In this document: positions 30,415 to 40,782 of the stretch, piece by piece
Position numbering within the stretch: the stretch's first letter is position 1
Layout of the letters: each line of letters starts with the position of its first letter
Source: an uncultured delta proteobacterium
Lineage (GTDB): Bacteria; Myxococcota_A; Polyangia; Polyangiales; Polyangiaceae
Length of the DNA: 64,000 nt
Reading direction: 5' to 3'
Assembly (NCBI GenBank): GCA_963806225.1
Contig: CAWDXG010000004.1
Coordinates: 4,064,001-4,128,000, forward strand
Program-made: the position numbers and the translations under genes
Notes under the pieces: generated by a model
Told to the model about the DNA's origin: nothing
Seen by the model: only the letters and a program-made list of their open reading frames with translations
Database searches by the model: none

Positions 30415-32733
30415 CTAGCGGATGTCGCCCCACACGGTCAACGCGCTGGCCGTGTCGACGTTGATGCGCGCCGGCTCGCGCGGCGTGCGCACCACGGTCG
30501 CCGCCGTCTCCGCGTCGAACGTCCATTGCCAGGCGGAGCGGGCAGCGATCGGTTCGGCATCGAGCACGTCGTTGACGCAGGCGGGGTCGATGTCGAGCCG
30601 GCACAGGCTCGGCGTCCGGCCGAGCCTCCCCTGGAGCCGCCACGAGCCGAAGCGCGTCGAGTAGTGCTCGCCGAGCGTGGCGATCAGCGGGCGGCCCACC
30701 ACCGGCAGCACCCCCGACGCGCCGGCATACAGGTCGATTCCGCTGACGTGCTCGGGCAGGTCGAGTCCCAGCGCATCGAGCACCGTGCGTGCGATATCGA
30801 CCGCTGTGGCCGGCACCTGCGTCCGCTTGCCAGCCCGCGCGTTGCCGGGGAACTTGACGATCAGCGGCAGCAGCAGACGGCCCTCGGTGAGGGAACCGGC
30901 GGGCTGGAACGGTATCCTGGGCGGCGCCCCGGCGCCGACGTCGCCAACGAACATGAACAGCGTTCGATCCCACGCGCCCTTGTTCTTCAGAACCGCCACG
31001 AGCTTCATGAGCGCCGCGTTCTGCTTCAGCATGGCCGCCTTCTCGGCGGCGCGAAGCCGGGACCAGTCGTCGTCGGTCAACCGGCGCCGTCGCCGGCTGC
31101 GACGCGCGCGGATCTTCGCGAGAATGATGCCGGCCCGCCGCGCATCCAGCACACCGCCGTACTCCGGGGGTGGCAATTTCGTCATCTCGTCGCGTGTCAG
31201 GTCCCAGGGCGGGTGCATGCCGCGGGTGTGGATCACCACGAGCCTCAGCGCGGGCTCCTCTGACAGCTCGTGATCGAGCCAGTCCGCCGCCTCGGTGATC
31301 GGCGCGGATGCGGGCAGATCCTTCACCGGCGAGAAGCTCTTGAACCGGTCCCAACCGCGATCGAAACCGAACGCCGGAAACGTCGTCGGCACACCGGTGA
31401 ACATGGCGGTGCGACCGCTCGCTTCCTTGACGATCGAGTTGATGGTGCGCACCGAGGCCGGCAGGCGCGCGGCGTGGTCCTCCAGCGAATGCGCGCGCGG
31501 GGGGAGCCCGCTGAGCATCGAAGCGACCACGCCCGCGGGTACGGTCGTCGGAGCGCGGTAGTGGTCGAACGCGACGCCTTGCCGCGTCAGCTCGCCGAGA
31601 GCGCTCAGCTCGCCGATGGGTCCCCAGGGCGGAATGCCGTTGCGATCGAGCCCTGAAGCGATGACGAGAACAACCGTGTCGGTGTGCGGCGTCCGTCCAG
31701 GCGCCGGCCCGGCATGGACGATCGCGGGCTCGCCGAACACGATGCGGCCACCGCGCGTGGCGTCAAGAGCCCGGAGCTCCAGGGCGACCAGCTTGCCAGC
31801 GAAGCGGCCCAGATCGAGATCGAGCGGCGTCCACGTCGCACCGCTGCCACCGGTCACCTTGCGTTGCTTCAGCGTCACCGGCGGCTGCCCGTCCGCCACC
31901 ACCCGCACCTCGGCCTGGCCCTTGCCGGAACCCCAGAAACCCAGACTGACGCGCAGCTTCGCATCCGGCGCGACCCGCATCGGGCAGCGCACGGTGCTGG
32001 GCGCGCGCAGCACGATCGAACGCTTGGGCCGACCGTCGAGCACCTCGTCGGCCACGATGTCCTTCAACGTCGGGGCCGCATAGGTCGCCGACAGGTCATC
32101 CTCCAGGCCGACGCGCAACCAGTCGATCTCGGCGTACGGCTCGCGCTTCGAGCCCTGGGGAAGCCGTCGTGCGCCCCAGAAGCGCAGGAGCAGGGTGTGC
32201 CGCCCCGGCGCCAGCTTGTGCCGTCGCACCGGCAGGGTCACGACGCGGGTCTCGTCGGGGCCCAGGCGCGCCGACCCCGCATTCTTGTTGTCGATGTAGG
32301 TGCTGAGTCGTGACGCGATGCCGGTGTGCAGGCGCAGACCAACGAAGACCGATTCCTCCGGCTCGTCGAGCCAGAACTCGTAGCTGATCCGCTTGGTGAA
32401 GACGCGGGCGAAGCTCGCGCCCTCGCGATCGACGTAGCTCACGTCATCGAAGGGCCCGATCGAGAAGCCCCGGCGCGAACGTGCCGCGCTGTTCCCGAGA
32501 TCGATCGAGAGCCCGCGATGGTAGATGGAGCACGCCGACAGGTGCGCCACCAGATCGTAGAACGGCGGTGGGTTCCGGGGCGCGCCGGCGGTGTTCGCAC
32601 CGGGCGGGGGCGGCTTGGAGCGGGCCGACGACGACGCGGCCGGCTGGTGGCCGCTGTCGTGATCGTTGCACGAGCAGCCGGCACACGGGAGCACCAGGAG
32701 CAAAGCGACGATGAGCGACCAGACCCGGGACAT
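30415..32733 (-). CDS. Sulfatase-like (alkaline phosphatase superfamily) lipoprotein with degenerate active site
   Basis: Lipobox CAGC; GVAFDHYRAP...ASMLSGLPP, FGFDRGWDRF, HPPW, LPLIVKFP. Confidence 0.75.
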   Translation of the reverse strand: MSRVWSLIVALLLVLPCAGCSCNDHDSGHQPAASSSARSKPPPPGANTAGAPRNPPPFYDLVAHLSACSIYHRGLSIDLGNSAARSRRGFSIGPFDDVSYVDREGASFARVFTKRISYEFWLDEPEESVFVGLRLHTGIASRLSTYIDNKNAGSARLGPDETRVVTLPVRRHKLAPGRHTLLLRFWGARRLPQGSKREPYAEIDWLRVGLEDDLSATYAAPTLKDIVADEVLDGRPKRSIVLRAPSTVRCPMRVAPDAKLRVSLGFWGSGKGQAEVRVVADGQPPVTLKQRKVTGGSGATWTPLDLDLGRFAGKLVALELRALDATRGGRIVFGEPAIVHAGPAPGRTPHTDTVVLVIASGLDRNGIPPWGPIGELSALGELTRQGVAFDHYRAPTTVPAGVVASMLSGLPPRAHSLEDHAARLPASVRTINSIVKEASGRTAMFTGVPTTFPAFGFDRGWDRFKSFSPVKDLPASAPITEAADWLDHELSEEPALRLVVIHTRGMHPPWDLTRDEMTKLPPPEYGGVLDARRAGIILAKIRARRSRRRRRLTDDDWSRLRAAEKAAMLKQNAALMKLVAVLKNKGAWDRTLFMFVGDVGAGAPPRIPFQPAGSLTEGRLLLPLIVKFPGNARAGKRTQVPATAVDIARTVLDALGLDLPEHVSGIDLYAGASGVLPVVGRPLIATLGEHYSTRFGSWRLQGRLGRTPSLCRLDIDPACVNDVLDAEPIAARSAWQWTFDAETAATVVRTPREPARINVDTASALTVWGDIR

Positions 32734-32809
32734 GGCGGAAAGGAGCGGCGGCAGCCGGCTCAGCGGCGGGGTCTAGCGCGGATCGCCGTCCGGCGCAGTG
32801 GTCGGGCGG

Positions 32810-35800
32810 CTATTTCCACGCCTTGGCGAGGGGCAGACGCGCCCTACGTCCCTGCGCGACAGTCACGTGATCCACCCGCTCCTGTCCATCCTGCTTCGTC
32901 TTGACCTCGTGGTCCCCCGGAGCGAGCGGGATCCGCCTGAGAGGGCCATGCCCGACGAAGACACCGTCGACGTAGATCACCTGGCGCCCGCCGGTCTCGA
33001 CCTCGAGCAGGCCCTTGTCCTTGGCGATCGGAACACCCGGAGGCAGCGGCATGTCCTCGACGTTCACGCTGACTGGCGGCGGGGACGCCTTGTGCACCGC
33101 GGCGGCGCTGCCCGGCGAGGGCGCAACCTGCGCCGCCGACGGGGCAACCTTCGCCGCCGGCACGCTGGCCGCGTTCCGGGCCGGGGCGGTGATCAAGCGC
33201 ACCGCGCCGAACGACACTACACCGGCCGCTGCGGCGATCAGCGCCATGCGCAATGCGCCGAGCGGACGTTCCGCAGCGGGCGTGGTCTGCGCGGCCGGAC
33301 CGGGCGTCATCTCGCCTTCGGGCTCGAGCTCGGGCTCCACCCGCGCGCCGCGCGCTTCGGCTTCCGCGGCGTGATCGGAATCCAGCTTCTCGCGGCGCGG
33401 CTCCGCTTCGTCCCGACGGGCGGCGCGGGACGGGAACTCGATTCTTCTTTCTGGGCGGCAATGGTGCGGGGATGACTTCCGCCCCGGGGGCCTCCGCCGG
33501 GGCGTGGTCGACTTCGGCGTCCGCGCGCTCTTCATCGGCGCGCTCTTCATCGGCGCGCGGCTCGTCGGCACCGCTCTCGCTGCGGGCAGGCTCTTCGTCC
33601 GCTTCCGCGGCGGCCTGCGCCGGCGGGCTCTGCTCGTCGTCGGCATCCTCCGCGGCTAGAGCCTCGGCGCGGGGCCGCGGTGGCATCACGACCTTCCGCA
33701 CGACGATCGGCGCATCCGGCGGCGGCTTCGCACGGCTGCGCGCGGCCCCTGTCGCGACCGACGCTTCCGCGGCGGGCTCGTCATCGCCCGCGCCGGCGTC
33801 CGCGCCGGCGCTCTGCATCCCCGCCGGAGCCTCGTCCTCCATCGACGCATCGACTGGTGCCGGCGAGCGGGTGTCGCTATCGCGCTCGACCTCGGCAACC
33901 TCGCCGACCACCGCCGCGCCGAGATCGGGCGCGGACTCCTCGAGATCGCCCTCGACAGGTCCGGATGGCGAGGGCACCGGCGACGGCGCTGCGTCCCAGC
34001 CGTCGTCCACTGTTTCGGGCACCATCACCGGCGGCAGGCGCCCCTCCGACTCGGGGGCGCTCTCCCCGGCTGCCGGCGGCAGGGGAGACAACTGGAAGCT
34101 GAACATGGGGGTCTCCTCGTGCGAAGCGTCCGGATCGAAGGCCGCAACCGCCAGATGGGGCGGCGGCGGCGTGGGCTCGGCGTGCAGTGCGGCCTCGACG
34201 TGGGGTCCACCCACGGGGGCAGGCGGAGCAGTCTGCGTGTCGAGCTCGTGTCCACCGGACTGCACGACGCGGCGCACGGCCGCATGCCGCGCCACGTCCG
34301 ACAGCACTCCCTCGAGCAGCCGCGCCGAGGCCTCGCCGCGGAGCAGCATCTCGCGGGGCGACGCGCCGTCGATGAGACGCTGCAGCAGGCTCTGCGCCGG
34401 CTCCGGTGTGCCGGCCAGATAGCCCGCCATGGCTGGCGCGTCGATCTCGACGCGCTCCACATCCAGCAGCGCCTCGGCACCGAGAAGCTCCTGCGCGGCG
34501 CGCGCACGCCCGATCGGACCGGCCAGCACCTGCTCGAGCGTGCCCTCGAAATCCGCGCGGGCCTTGTCGGTGGCCGGCGCCACCACGAAGCGGCCGGCAC
34601 TGACCCCGAGCAGCGCCGCGATCGCAACTTCTCCGCGCTCGAAGCTGCCGTCGCTGGCCGTGCGCGTCGCGCAGCAGAGCCGCCCGTTCCGCACCTCGAT
34701 CTCGTACAGATACGCCGCGTCGCGGACGCTCACGCGCACGTTCTTCCCGATCCGGCACGCGAGCTCGAGCACCAGGCGCGGCGTCAGACCGTCCAGGCGC
34801 CCGCGCACTTCCCCACCCGCCGCCATCCGCTGCTCGACGCGGGCGCGCGGACCGAGCACCTCCCGCACGCGCTGGACCACCTGGGACGCTGTGGCCTCCT
34901 TGCGCAGATAGGCGTCCGCATCCGCGCCGAGCTCCCGTACGCGCTGCAGCAGATCCTCCTTCCAGGAAAGCAGGATCACCGGAATGTCGCGCACTGCGAC
35001 GTCGCGTTTCAGTTCGTGGCACAGGGCGAAACCGTCGAGCCCCGGCATCAGCACATCGCTGATCACCGCGTCGGGCCAGCCGTCACGCGCCAGCGCGAGC
35101 GCGCTCTTGCCATCGTGGGCTTCCAGCACCTCGGCGCCCGCGGCCCTGAGCAGACCGCTCATGAACCACACCACCGCCGGATCGTCGTCCGCCACGACGA
35201 AACGCCGCCCCTTGAGCGACACGCTGGACAGGTCCTGCCCGCCGCGACCGGTGCGCTCTTCGTCGCGGCGCTCCACGCTGGACCACGCCGCGACCGGGAT
35301 GGCGCCCTCGGGCCCGCCCGGATCGAAGCGCACTAGACCGCGCGAACGCAGCGTTACCAGCTCCCGGACCCTCGCCACCGCTCCCCACACGGCAGCCAGC
35401 ACATCCGTGCCTTCTCCCAGCGGCACGCCTCGTCCCCGCCCGCCGGGCTCCACTGCGTCGATCAGTCCGCGGCGCACCTCGGAGGCGATGCGTTCGGCCA
35501 GCGCGTCGACGCTCACTTCGCCGATGGGCTCACGTACGGAACGCCCCAGCGCGCTCTGCCGGCTCACCTCCAGCACCGTGCGCCGCAGCGTGTCCGGGCT
35601 CGCCGGCTTGGGAAGCACCCGCGTGGCGCCGAGCCCCACGTAGGCCGATGCCGACTCCGGATGCTCGAAGCTGCCGGTGACGACGAGCGGGACCGGCTCC
35701 ACCAGCGGGTCGTGAACCAGCGTCTCGACCAGCTCGCGGGCGCCCCGGTGATCGCTGTCGACGACGATCACATCCGGCCCCAGCACCCTCGCTAGCTGGC

Positions 35801-36317
35801 GTGCCTGGGACGGGTCCTCGGTCTGCTCGGTCTCGAGCTCGTCGCGGTCGTTGTCCTGCTCGAGGGCCTTGGCCAGCGACGCGCCGCCGAACACCAACAC
35901 GCTGAGAGGCCAGGTGCGTTCGGCGCTGCCCGACACAGCCGTCTCGGTGGTGGACGCCGGCGGCCGCACCGTGACCGGAGCCCCCCACGCCAGCGACGGC
36001 AGCAGATCGAAGACGCGCGACACTTCCGCCAGCTCGGCGGCGCCGGTCGCGCCGCCCCGGAGCGAACGCTGCAAGGCCTGTTCCGCACCGGATAGCGACT
36101 CGGCCACGCTGTCGAAGCCGAGGACATGTGCCGCCGCCCCCATGGCGTGGATGCGCCGCTGCAGGTTGTTGCGCCGCGAAAGGGAACGCGGCTCCTCTTC
36201 CAGCGCCGCCAGCGCGCCCCGCAGGGCGTCCAGACGCCGCCCGAGGTTCGCGACAAAATCGGCGCGCGCCCCCGCGGTGCGGGCACGCTCTTCGTGTGCC
36301 TCCTGCGCCTCGATCAT
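32810..36317 (-). CDS. Large membrane-anchored response regulator (HPt-like, 2 REC, DUF4388-like, acidic linker, TM, PEGA-like), split by a +1 frameshift near 33442
   Basis: RIHAMGAAAHVLGF; VVADDD...DAVISDVLMPGLDG; VRGRLDGL; TM and VIYVDGVFVG..P...LAPGDHEV lie in the other frame (ORF 32810-33646). Confidence 0.8.
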
Positions 36318-36458
36318 CAGGCCGGCCCTATCACAAACATCTCGAATGGCAGAGTTTTCGGGGATTGCCCGGCCCGCCGTTCGGAGAGGATATGCCACGC
36401 GCAGGAGGATTGCGCCGGTCGGCAGAGCGCCGCTCCCCGCACGCCGCTCGAAACGCCC

Positions 36459-37529
36459 CTATTCCGCGGCCAGCAGCTCCCGCACTGCGGCAGCCGCCTC
36501 GTCGGTGCCCAGCGTGCCGCCGATATCGCGGGTGCAGCGCCCGGCCTCGAGCGCCTGGGCCACCGCTCGCTCGATCCGCGGCTCCTCCTCCGTCCAGCCC
36601 AGATAGCTCAGCATCATGCCGACGGTGAGCAGGGCGGCGAAGGGGTTGGCGACGTTCTTGCCCGCAAGCGGCGGAGCCGAGCCGTGCACCGGCTCGAACA
36701 GCCCGACGCGCGAAGGCTCCGCCGGGTGCACGTTGGCGCTAGCGGCCATGCCGAGGCCCCCCTGCAGCCCCGCGCCGAGGTCGGTCACGATGTCGCCAAA
36801 CAGGTTGTTGGTAACGATCACGTCGAACTGCGACGGGTCCTCGACGAGGTACAGGCACAGCGCGTCGATGAACACGTGCTTGGCCTCGATGCCCGGGTAC
36901 TCACGGCGCACCTCGTCGAACACACGCAGCCACAGCTCGTGCGCGTGCCGCATGGCGTTCGACTTGTCCGCCATGTGCACGCGTTTCCTGCCGGTGAGCT
37001 TCGCGTACTGGAAAGCCGCGCGGATGATGCGCTCCACGCCTTTTCGCGTGTTGATGTCCTCGTTGATCGCCACCTCGTCCGGCGTGCCGCGCCGGAGCTG
37101 ACCGCCGACACCCACGTAGATGCCCTCGGTGTTCTCGCGGAACACGACGAAGTTCACGTCCTTCATCGTGCGTCCCTTGAGCGGCACGAGCCGGTCAGCG
37201 AGCGCCCGGACCGGACGGATGTTGGCGTACAGATCGAAAGTGAAGCGCATGCCAAGCAGGATGTCGCGTGCATGCACCATATCGGGCACGCGAGGGTCGC
37301 CGAGCGCTCCCAGGAACACGGCGCTGCACTCGCGCCGGATCGCCACCTGGGTTTCCTTCGGCATCGTCGTGCCGTCACGCAGGTAGCGCTCGGCGCCCAG
37401 GTCGAGGTGCCACAGCTCGATCGGCAGCCCGCGCTCGCTCGCGTACCAGTCGAGCAGGCGCGTCGCCTCGCGGGTGACCTCGGGCCCAATGCCGTCCCCC
37501 CCGATGATCGCGATCTTCTTCTTCGTCAT
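36459..37529 (-). CDS. leuB: Isocitrate/isopropylmalate dehydrogenase family protein (LeuB-like)
   Basis: GGDGIGPEV, RENTEG, DKSN, NLFGDIVTD, FEPVHGSAP; substrate specificity not certain. Confidence 0.8.
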   Translation of the reverse strand: MTKKKIAIIGGDGIGPEVTREATRLLDWYASERGLPIELWHLDLGAERYLRDGTTMPKETQVAIRRECSAVFLGALGDPRVPDMVHARDILLGMRFTFDLYANIRPVRALADRLVPLKGRTMKDVNFVVFRENTEGIYVGVGGQLRRGTPDEVAINEDINTRKGVERIIRAAFQYAKLTGRKRVHMADKSNAMRHAHELWLRVFDEVRREYPGIEAKHVFIDALCLYLVEDPSQFDVIVTNNLFGDIVTDLGAGLQGGLGMAASANVHPAEPSRVGLFEPVHGSAPPLAGKNVANPFAALLTVGMMLSYLGWTEEEPRIERAVAQALEAGRCTRDIGGTLGTDEAAAAVRELLAAE

Positions 37530-37582
37530 GCGGGCTACCGGTTCTAGCGGGACCTCGGGAAGGGGTCCAGGGGTCGTCGCGC

Positions 37583-38956
37583 TCAGCGCGCGGACACGGA
37601 ATCGAGCGCCATCCGTATCAGAGCGGCCATCTGGGCCGGATCGGCCTCGTCGATGTCGCCCAGTAGCACCCCGGCGTCGATCACCGGCACGCCCGCCACC
37701 GAGCATGCCGCCTCCAGCGCGGAGGCCTCGGCGGATTCCAGACGTACCGCGATAGCGCTACCCGCCAGGGTGAGCGGCCACACGGGCGAATACGCATCGA
37801 TGGTCGGCAGGCCGACGATCTCCAGCTCCTCGCCCTCGGCGAGCCGGAGCGTCGCCATCAGGTACGGAACCGGTGCCGCCGGAACCGATTCCGCGGGCGC
37901 GACGGCGTCGTGGATGCGTCGCACCGAGTGCATCACGGTCGAAAGCCGTCGCGGCGCCGCGGCGACAAGCACCCGCGCCGCGCCCGCGAAGCCCTCGTGC
38001 TGCAGGCGCTTCGCGAGAGCCCCGAGCACCGTCATCTGCTCCGGATCGGCGAGCTCGACCCGCTCGGCTCCCTTGGCGATGCGCCGCACGACGCCGGCTT
38101 CGATCATCCTGCCCACGGCCTCGATGATCTCGAGATCGCCAAACGGCACATCGTCGAGCAGCTCGTCGACCGTACACGGCACCCCCAGAACCTCGGACAC
38201 CCGGCGATCGAGCTCGGGCGCCTCCTCCGGAGCCGCCGCGATCGCCAGCAGTGCGTCCTCGTCGGCAGCCAGCCTCGAGCGTCGCTGCTTCACTTCGTCG
38301 ATGCGCCGCATCCCCTCCATGAGCAACATGCTGGTGCTTGTCTGGATACGTCGAAGCGGCGTTCCGCTGCCGCCGGCGAAGGCGAACGCGCCCTCGGTCT
38401 CGCCCAACAGCCGGAACAGGGCTTTCTCTGCCTCCAGTCTCCGGTACACCGCGTCGACCACCTCGCCCTCGACCAGGCGCACCTCGCCGGCACCTGACGG
38501 CGTCGTGATGCTCAGCGCCCCGCTGCGGCGATTCATGCTCAGGAGTTGCAGCAGATCCACCGGGCTGACCTGTCGGAGGTCCCCGCGGAAGTCACCCCGG
38601 TCGGCCGCAACGGGAGCCGAGTGCAAGGGCAACGCATACATCCGCCGCGCGATCAGATCGGCGTCCCCGCGTGGCAGCTGGTGCGACGGGAGCGCGTCGG
38701 CTCCTGCCGGCTCTACCAGCACGAAGTGCGGCACTTCCGCCAGTTCTCGATCGGCCTTGAACCGGCCGATCACCGCGTCGACGTCGTCCAGCGCGGACGA
38801 CAGCAGTACGGCGTCCGGTCGATTGTTGCGCGCCCGATCCAGCGCGCCGTCGGCCGCGTCGGCTAGAGCGACCGTGAGGCCGCGCGAGCGCAGCTCCGAC
38901 GCGAGCGCGCCCAGAGCGTCCACGTCGGGTTCGACCAGCAGGACGGAGCGCGACAT
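37583..38956 (-). CDS. Pseudo-receiver + DUF4388 protein with degenerate small-GTPase-like C-terminus
   Basis: SVLLVEPD...PDAVLLS (Asp replaced by Ser); FRGDLRQVSPVDLLQLLSMNRRSG...GEVVDA...LLMEGMRRIDE; TGATG coupling to the upstream gene. Confidence 0.8.
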   Translation of the reverse strand: MSRSVLLVEPDVDALGALASELRSRGLTVALADAADGALDRARNNRPDAVLLSSALDDVDAVIGRFKADRELAEVPHFVLVEPAGADALPSHQLPRGDADLIARRMYALPLHSAPVAADRGDFRGDLRQVSPVDLLQLLSMNRRSGALSITTPSGAGEVRLVEGEVVDAVYRRLEAEKALFRLLGETEGAFAFAGGSGTPLRRIQTSTSMLLMEGMRRIDEVKQRRSRLAADEDALLAIAAAPEEAPELDRRVSEVLGVPCTVDELLDDVPFGDLEIIEAVGRMIEAGVVRRIAKGAERVELADPEQMTVLGALAKRLQHEGFAGAARVLVAAAPRRLSTVMHSVRRIHDAVAPAESVPAAPVPYLMATLRLAEGEELEIVGLPTIDAYSPVWPLTLAGSAIAVRLESAEASALEAACSVAGVPVIDAGVLLGDIDEADPAQMAALIRMALDSVSAR

Positions 38957-40782
38957 CAGTCCGAAAGCCTCATACCAACAGCGTCGCCAAGACGCCGGAT
39001 GACAAGATCGGCAAACAGCGGATCGCTCGCGTGGACCGCACGGACCACGCTTCGGTCCACGCGCCCCAGAAGCGCGTAGACGCCATGCTCGGCAACGATG
39101 GTCAGTGCTTCGAGATCGTCGCAACCGGATACGCCGGTCAGGTCGACGGCGCGGAAGCCCAGCTCCTCGGAGTCACGTCCAAGCGCGGAACGCACCGCTG
39201 CGCCGATGCTGACGCCGGGCCGCTGGGTAGCCACGATGCGCGCGGCACCTCCGCGGAGCCCTTCGGACACCGCGCCCAGCGCCAACCCGATCAGGTCCAT
39301 CGCCGGCAGCTCGATGCTGCGCGGGTGTCCGGCACCGTCCGGCTCGCCGACGTTCCAGAGCAGCGTGTCGAGGATTTCTCCGAGCGGCAGGCGATCGAGC
39401 GCTAGTCGGCGGACGACCGAATTCTGCGACACCTCCTGGCGGTGCTTGGCAACGCGAAGGAGATGGGACAGGTCGAGCCCGTCGTGCGGAAAGGTGGCGA
39501 CACCGATGGTGGCGTCTAGACCCGCCGCGCCGCCGAGCCTCTGGCCACCCGGCCCCGAAAGCCGACGCATCACGCGGCGGCGGCAGGTGTGGGCGCCGAT
39601 GCCGCCGGTTTCTGGCAAGAGCAGGTAGAATTCGTGCTCGTCGACGCGCGCCAGCACGTCCGTGTCGCGCACAGCGCCGAGCACGCGCTCGGCCACCTCG
39701 ACGCTCTGGCCCGCGCTGCTGGAAGGAGGCGGCGCCGTCGGGGGCGTTCCGGTCATGGCCGCGGCGGCGTAGGCGGAGCTGTCGAAGCGCCGCGTGGGCG
39801 GCTCGTCCTCTGGCCCGGGGTCGATGCTGAGCGTAGCCAACGCGAAGCGCCGCCCGTGCCGCCTCGCCTTGTCGATCTCCCGCCCCGCCACATCCACGAA
39901 GTAGGCGAACGTGTAGGCGCTCGAGCTCGGGTCCTTCATCGCGCCGCGCGTCGACTGCTCGCGCTCGCCGAGCAGCGCGAGCGACGTCGCCGCCTGCGCC
40001 GCTACAAGGTCGACGAGCGGCAGGGGCCCCGCGCCCTCGCGGCGCACGCCACCGATCAGCAGCAGACCGCTCTGTTCCCTGAGCAGCGACAGGCGCACCA
40101 CCTCGAGCCCGCGCTCCGTCGCGTAGCCAAGGAGCTCCATCTCGTCGCAGAAGCTGGGTGCGCCCGCGATATCCCCGCACGCTGCAGCGCGCATCAGCTG
40201 TCGCGAGCCCTCGCCTGCCGGCAGGTACACCAGGACTGGACTTGCGCCCGCGTCCTCTTCCAGCATCCGGGCGAGCTGCTCGGCTGCAGACCGCCGGTTA
40301 GGCGCCTCGGCGATGCCGGCGACGCGCGCCACCAGCGATACGCCGCGGCGCGATTCGGTCGCTTCGCGCTCCAGGCGCCGACGCTGCTCGCGTTCGGCGA
40401 GCCGCGCGCGCACGTCTCCGACCAGCGTCAAGAGCTCGTCGCCGGAGCTCGGCAACATCAAGAGCCCCGCACCGCCGAGCGCCACCGCCTGGGTACCGAG
40501 CTCCACCGCGTCGGAGCGCGCCAGGGCGTACACCGCTACGTTCGGCGCGACCGCGCGCAGGTGATGCACGATGGCCAGACCCGCATTGTTCCCGAGCGCC
40601 ACGTCCACCAGCACGACGTCCGGCCCTTCGGCGACGGTGCGCGCCAGGCCTTCCGCCAGGTCGGTGGCCACCGCCAGCTCGTCGCCGCTGCCCGCCAGCG
40701 CGCGCTCCATCAGCTCGATCGTCTCGGCATCATCGAGGATCGCCAGAACAGAGACGCCGGGCACCGCGTCGTGGTCTCTCAC
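38956..40782 (-). CDS. Response regulator with GAF-like and degenerate GGDEF domains
   Basis: LAILDD, PDVVLVD; MKDPSSSAYT, REIDKARRH, RDTDVLARVDEHEF, IGVATFPHDG; GTGA overlap with the dapF stop. Confidence 0.82.
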   Translation of the reverse strand: MRDHDAVPGVSVLAILDDAETIELMERALAGSGDELAVATDLAEGLARTVAEGPDVVLVDVALGNNAGLAIVHHLRAVAPNVAVYALARSDAVELGTQAVALGGAGLLMLPSSGDELLTLVGDVRARLAEREQRRRLEREATESRRGVSLVARVAGIAEAPNRRSAAEQLARMLEEDAGASPVLVYLPAGEGSRQLMRAAACGDIAGAPSFCDEMELLGYATERGLEVVRLSLLREQSGLLLIGGVRREGAGPLPLVDLVAAQAATSLALLGEREQSTRGAMKDPSSSAYTFAYFVDVAGREIDKARRHGRRFALATLSIDPGPEDEPPTRRFDSSAYAAAAMTGTPPTAPPPSSSAGQSVEVAERVLGAVRDTDVLARVDEHEFYLLLPETGGIGAHTCRRRVMRRLSGPGGQRLGGAAGLDATIGVATFPHDGLDLSHLLRVAKHRQEVSQNSVVRRLALDRLPLGEILDTLLWNVGEPDGAGHPRSIELPAMDLIGLALGAVSEGLRGGAARIVATQRPGVSIGAAVRSALGRDSEELGFRAVDLTGVSGCDDLEALTIVAEHGVYALLGRVDRSVVRAVHASDPLFADLVIRRLGDAVGMRLSD

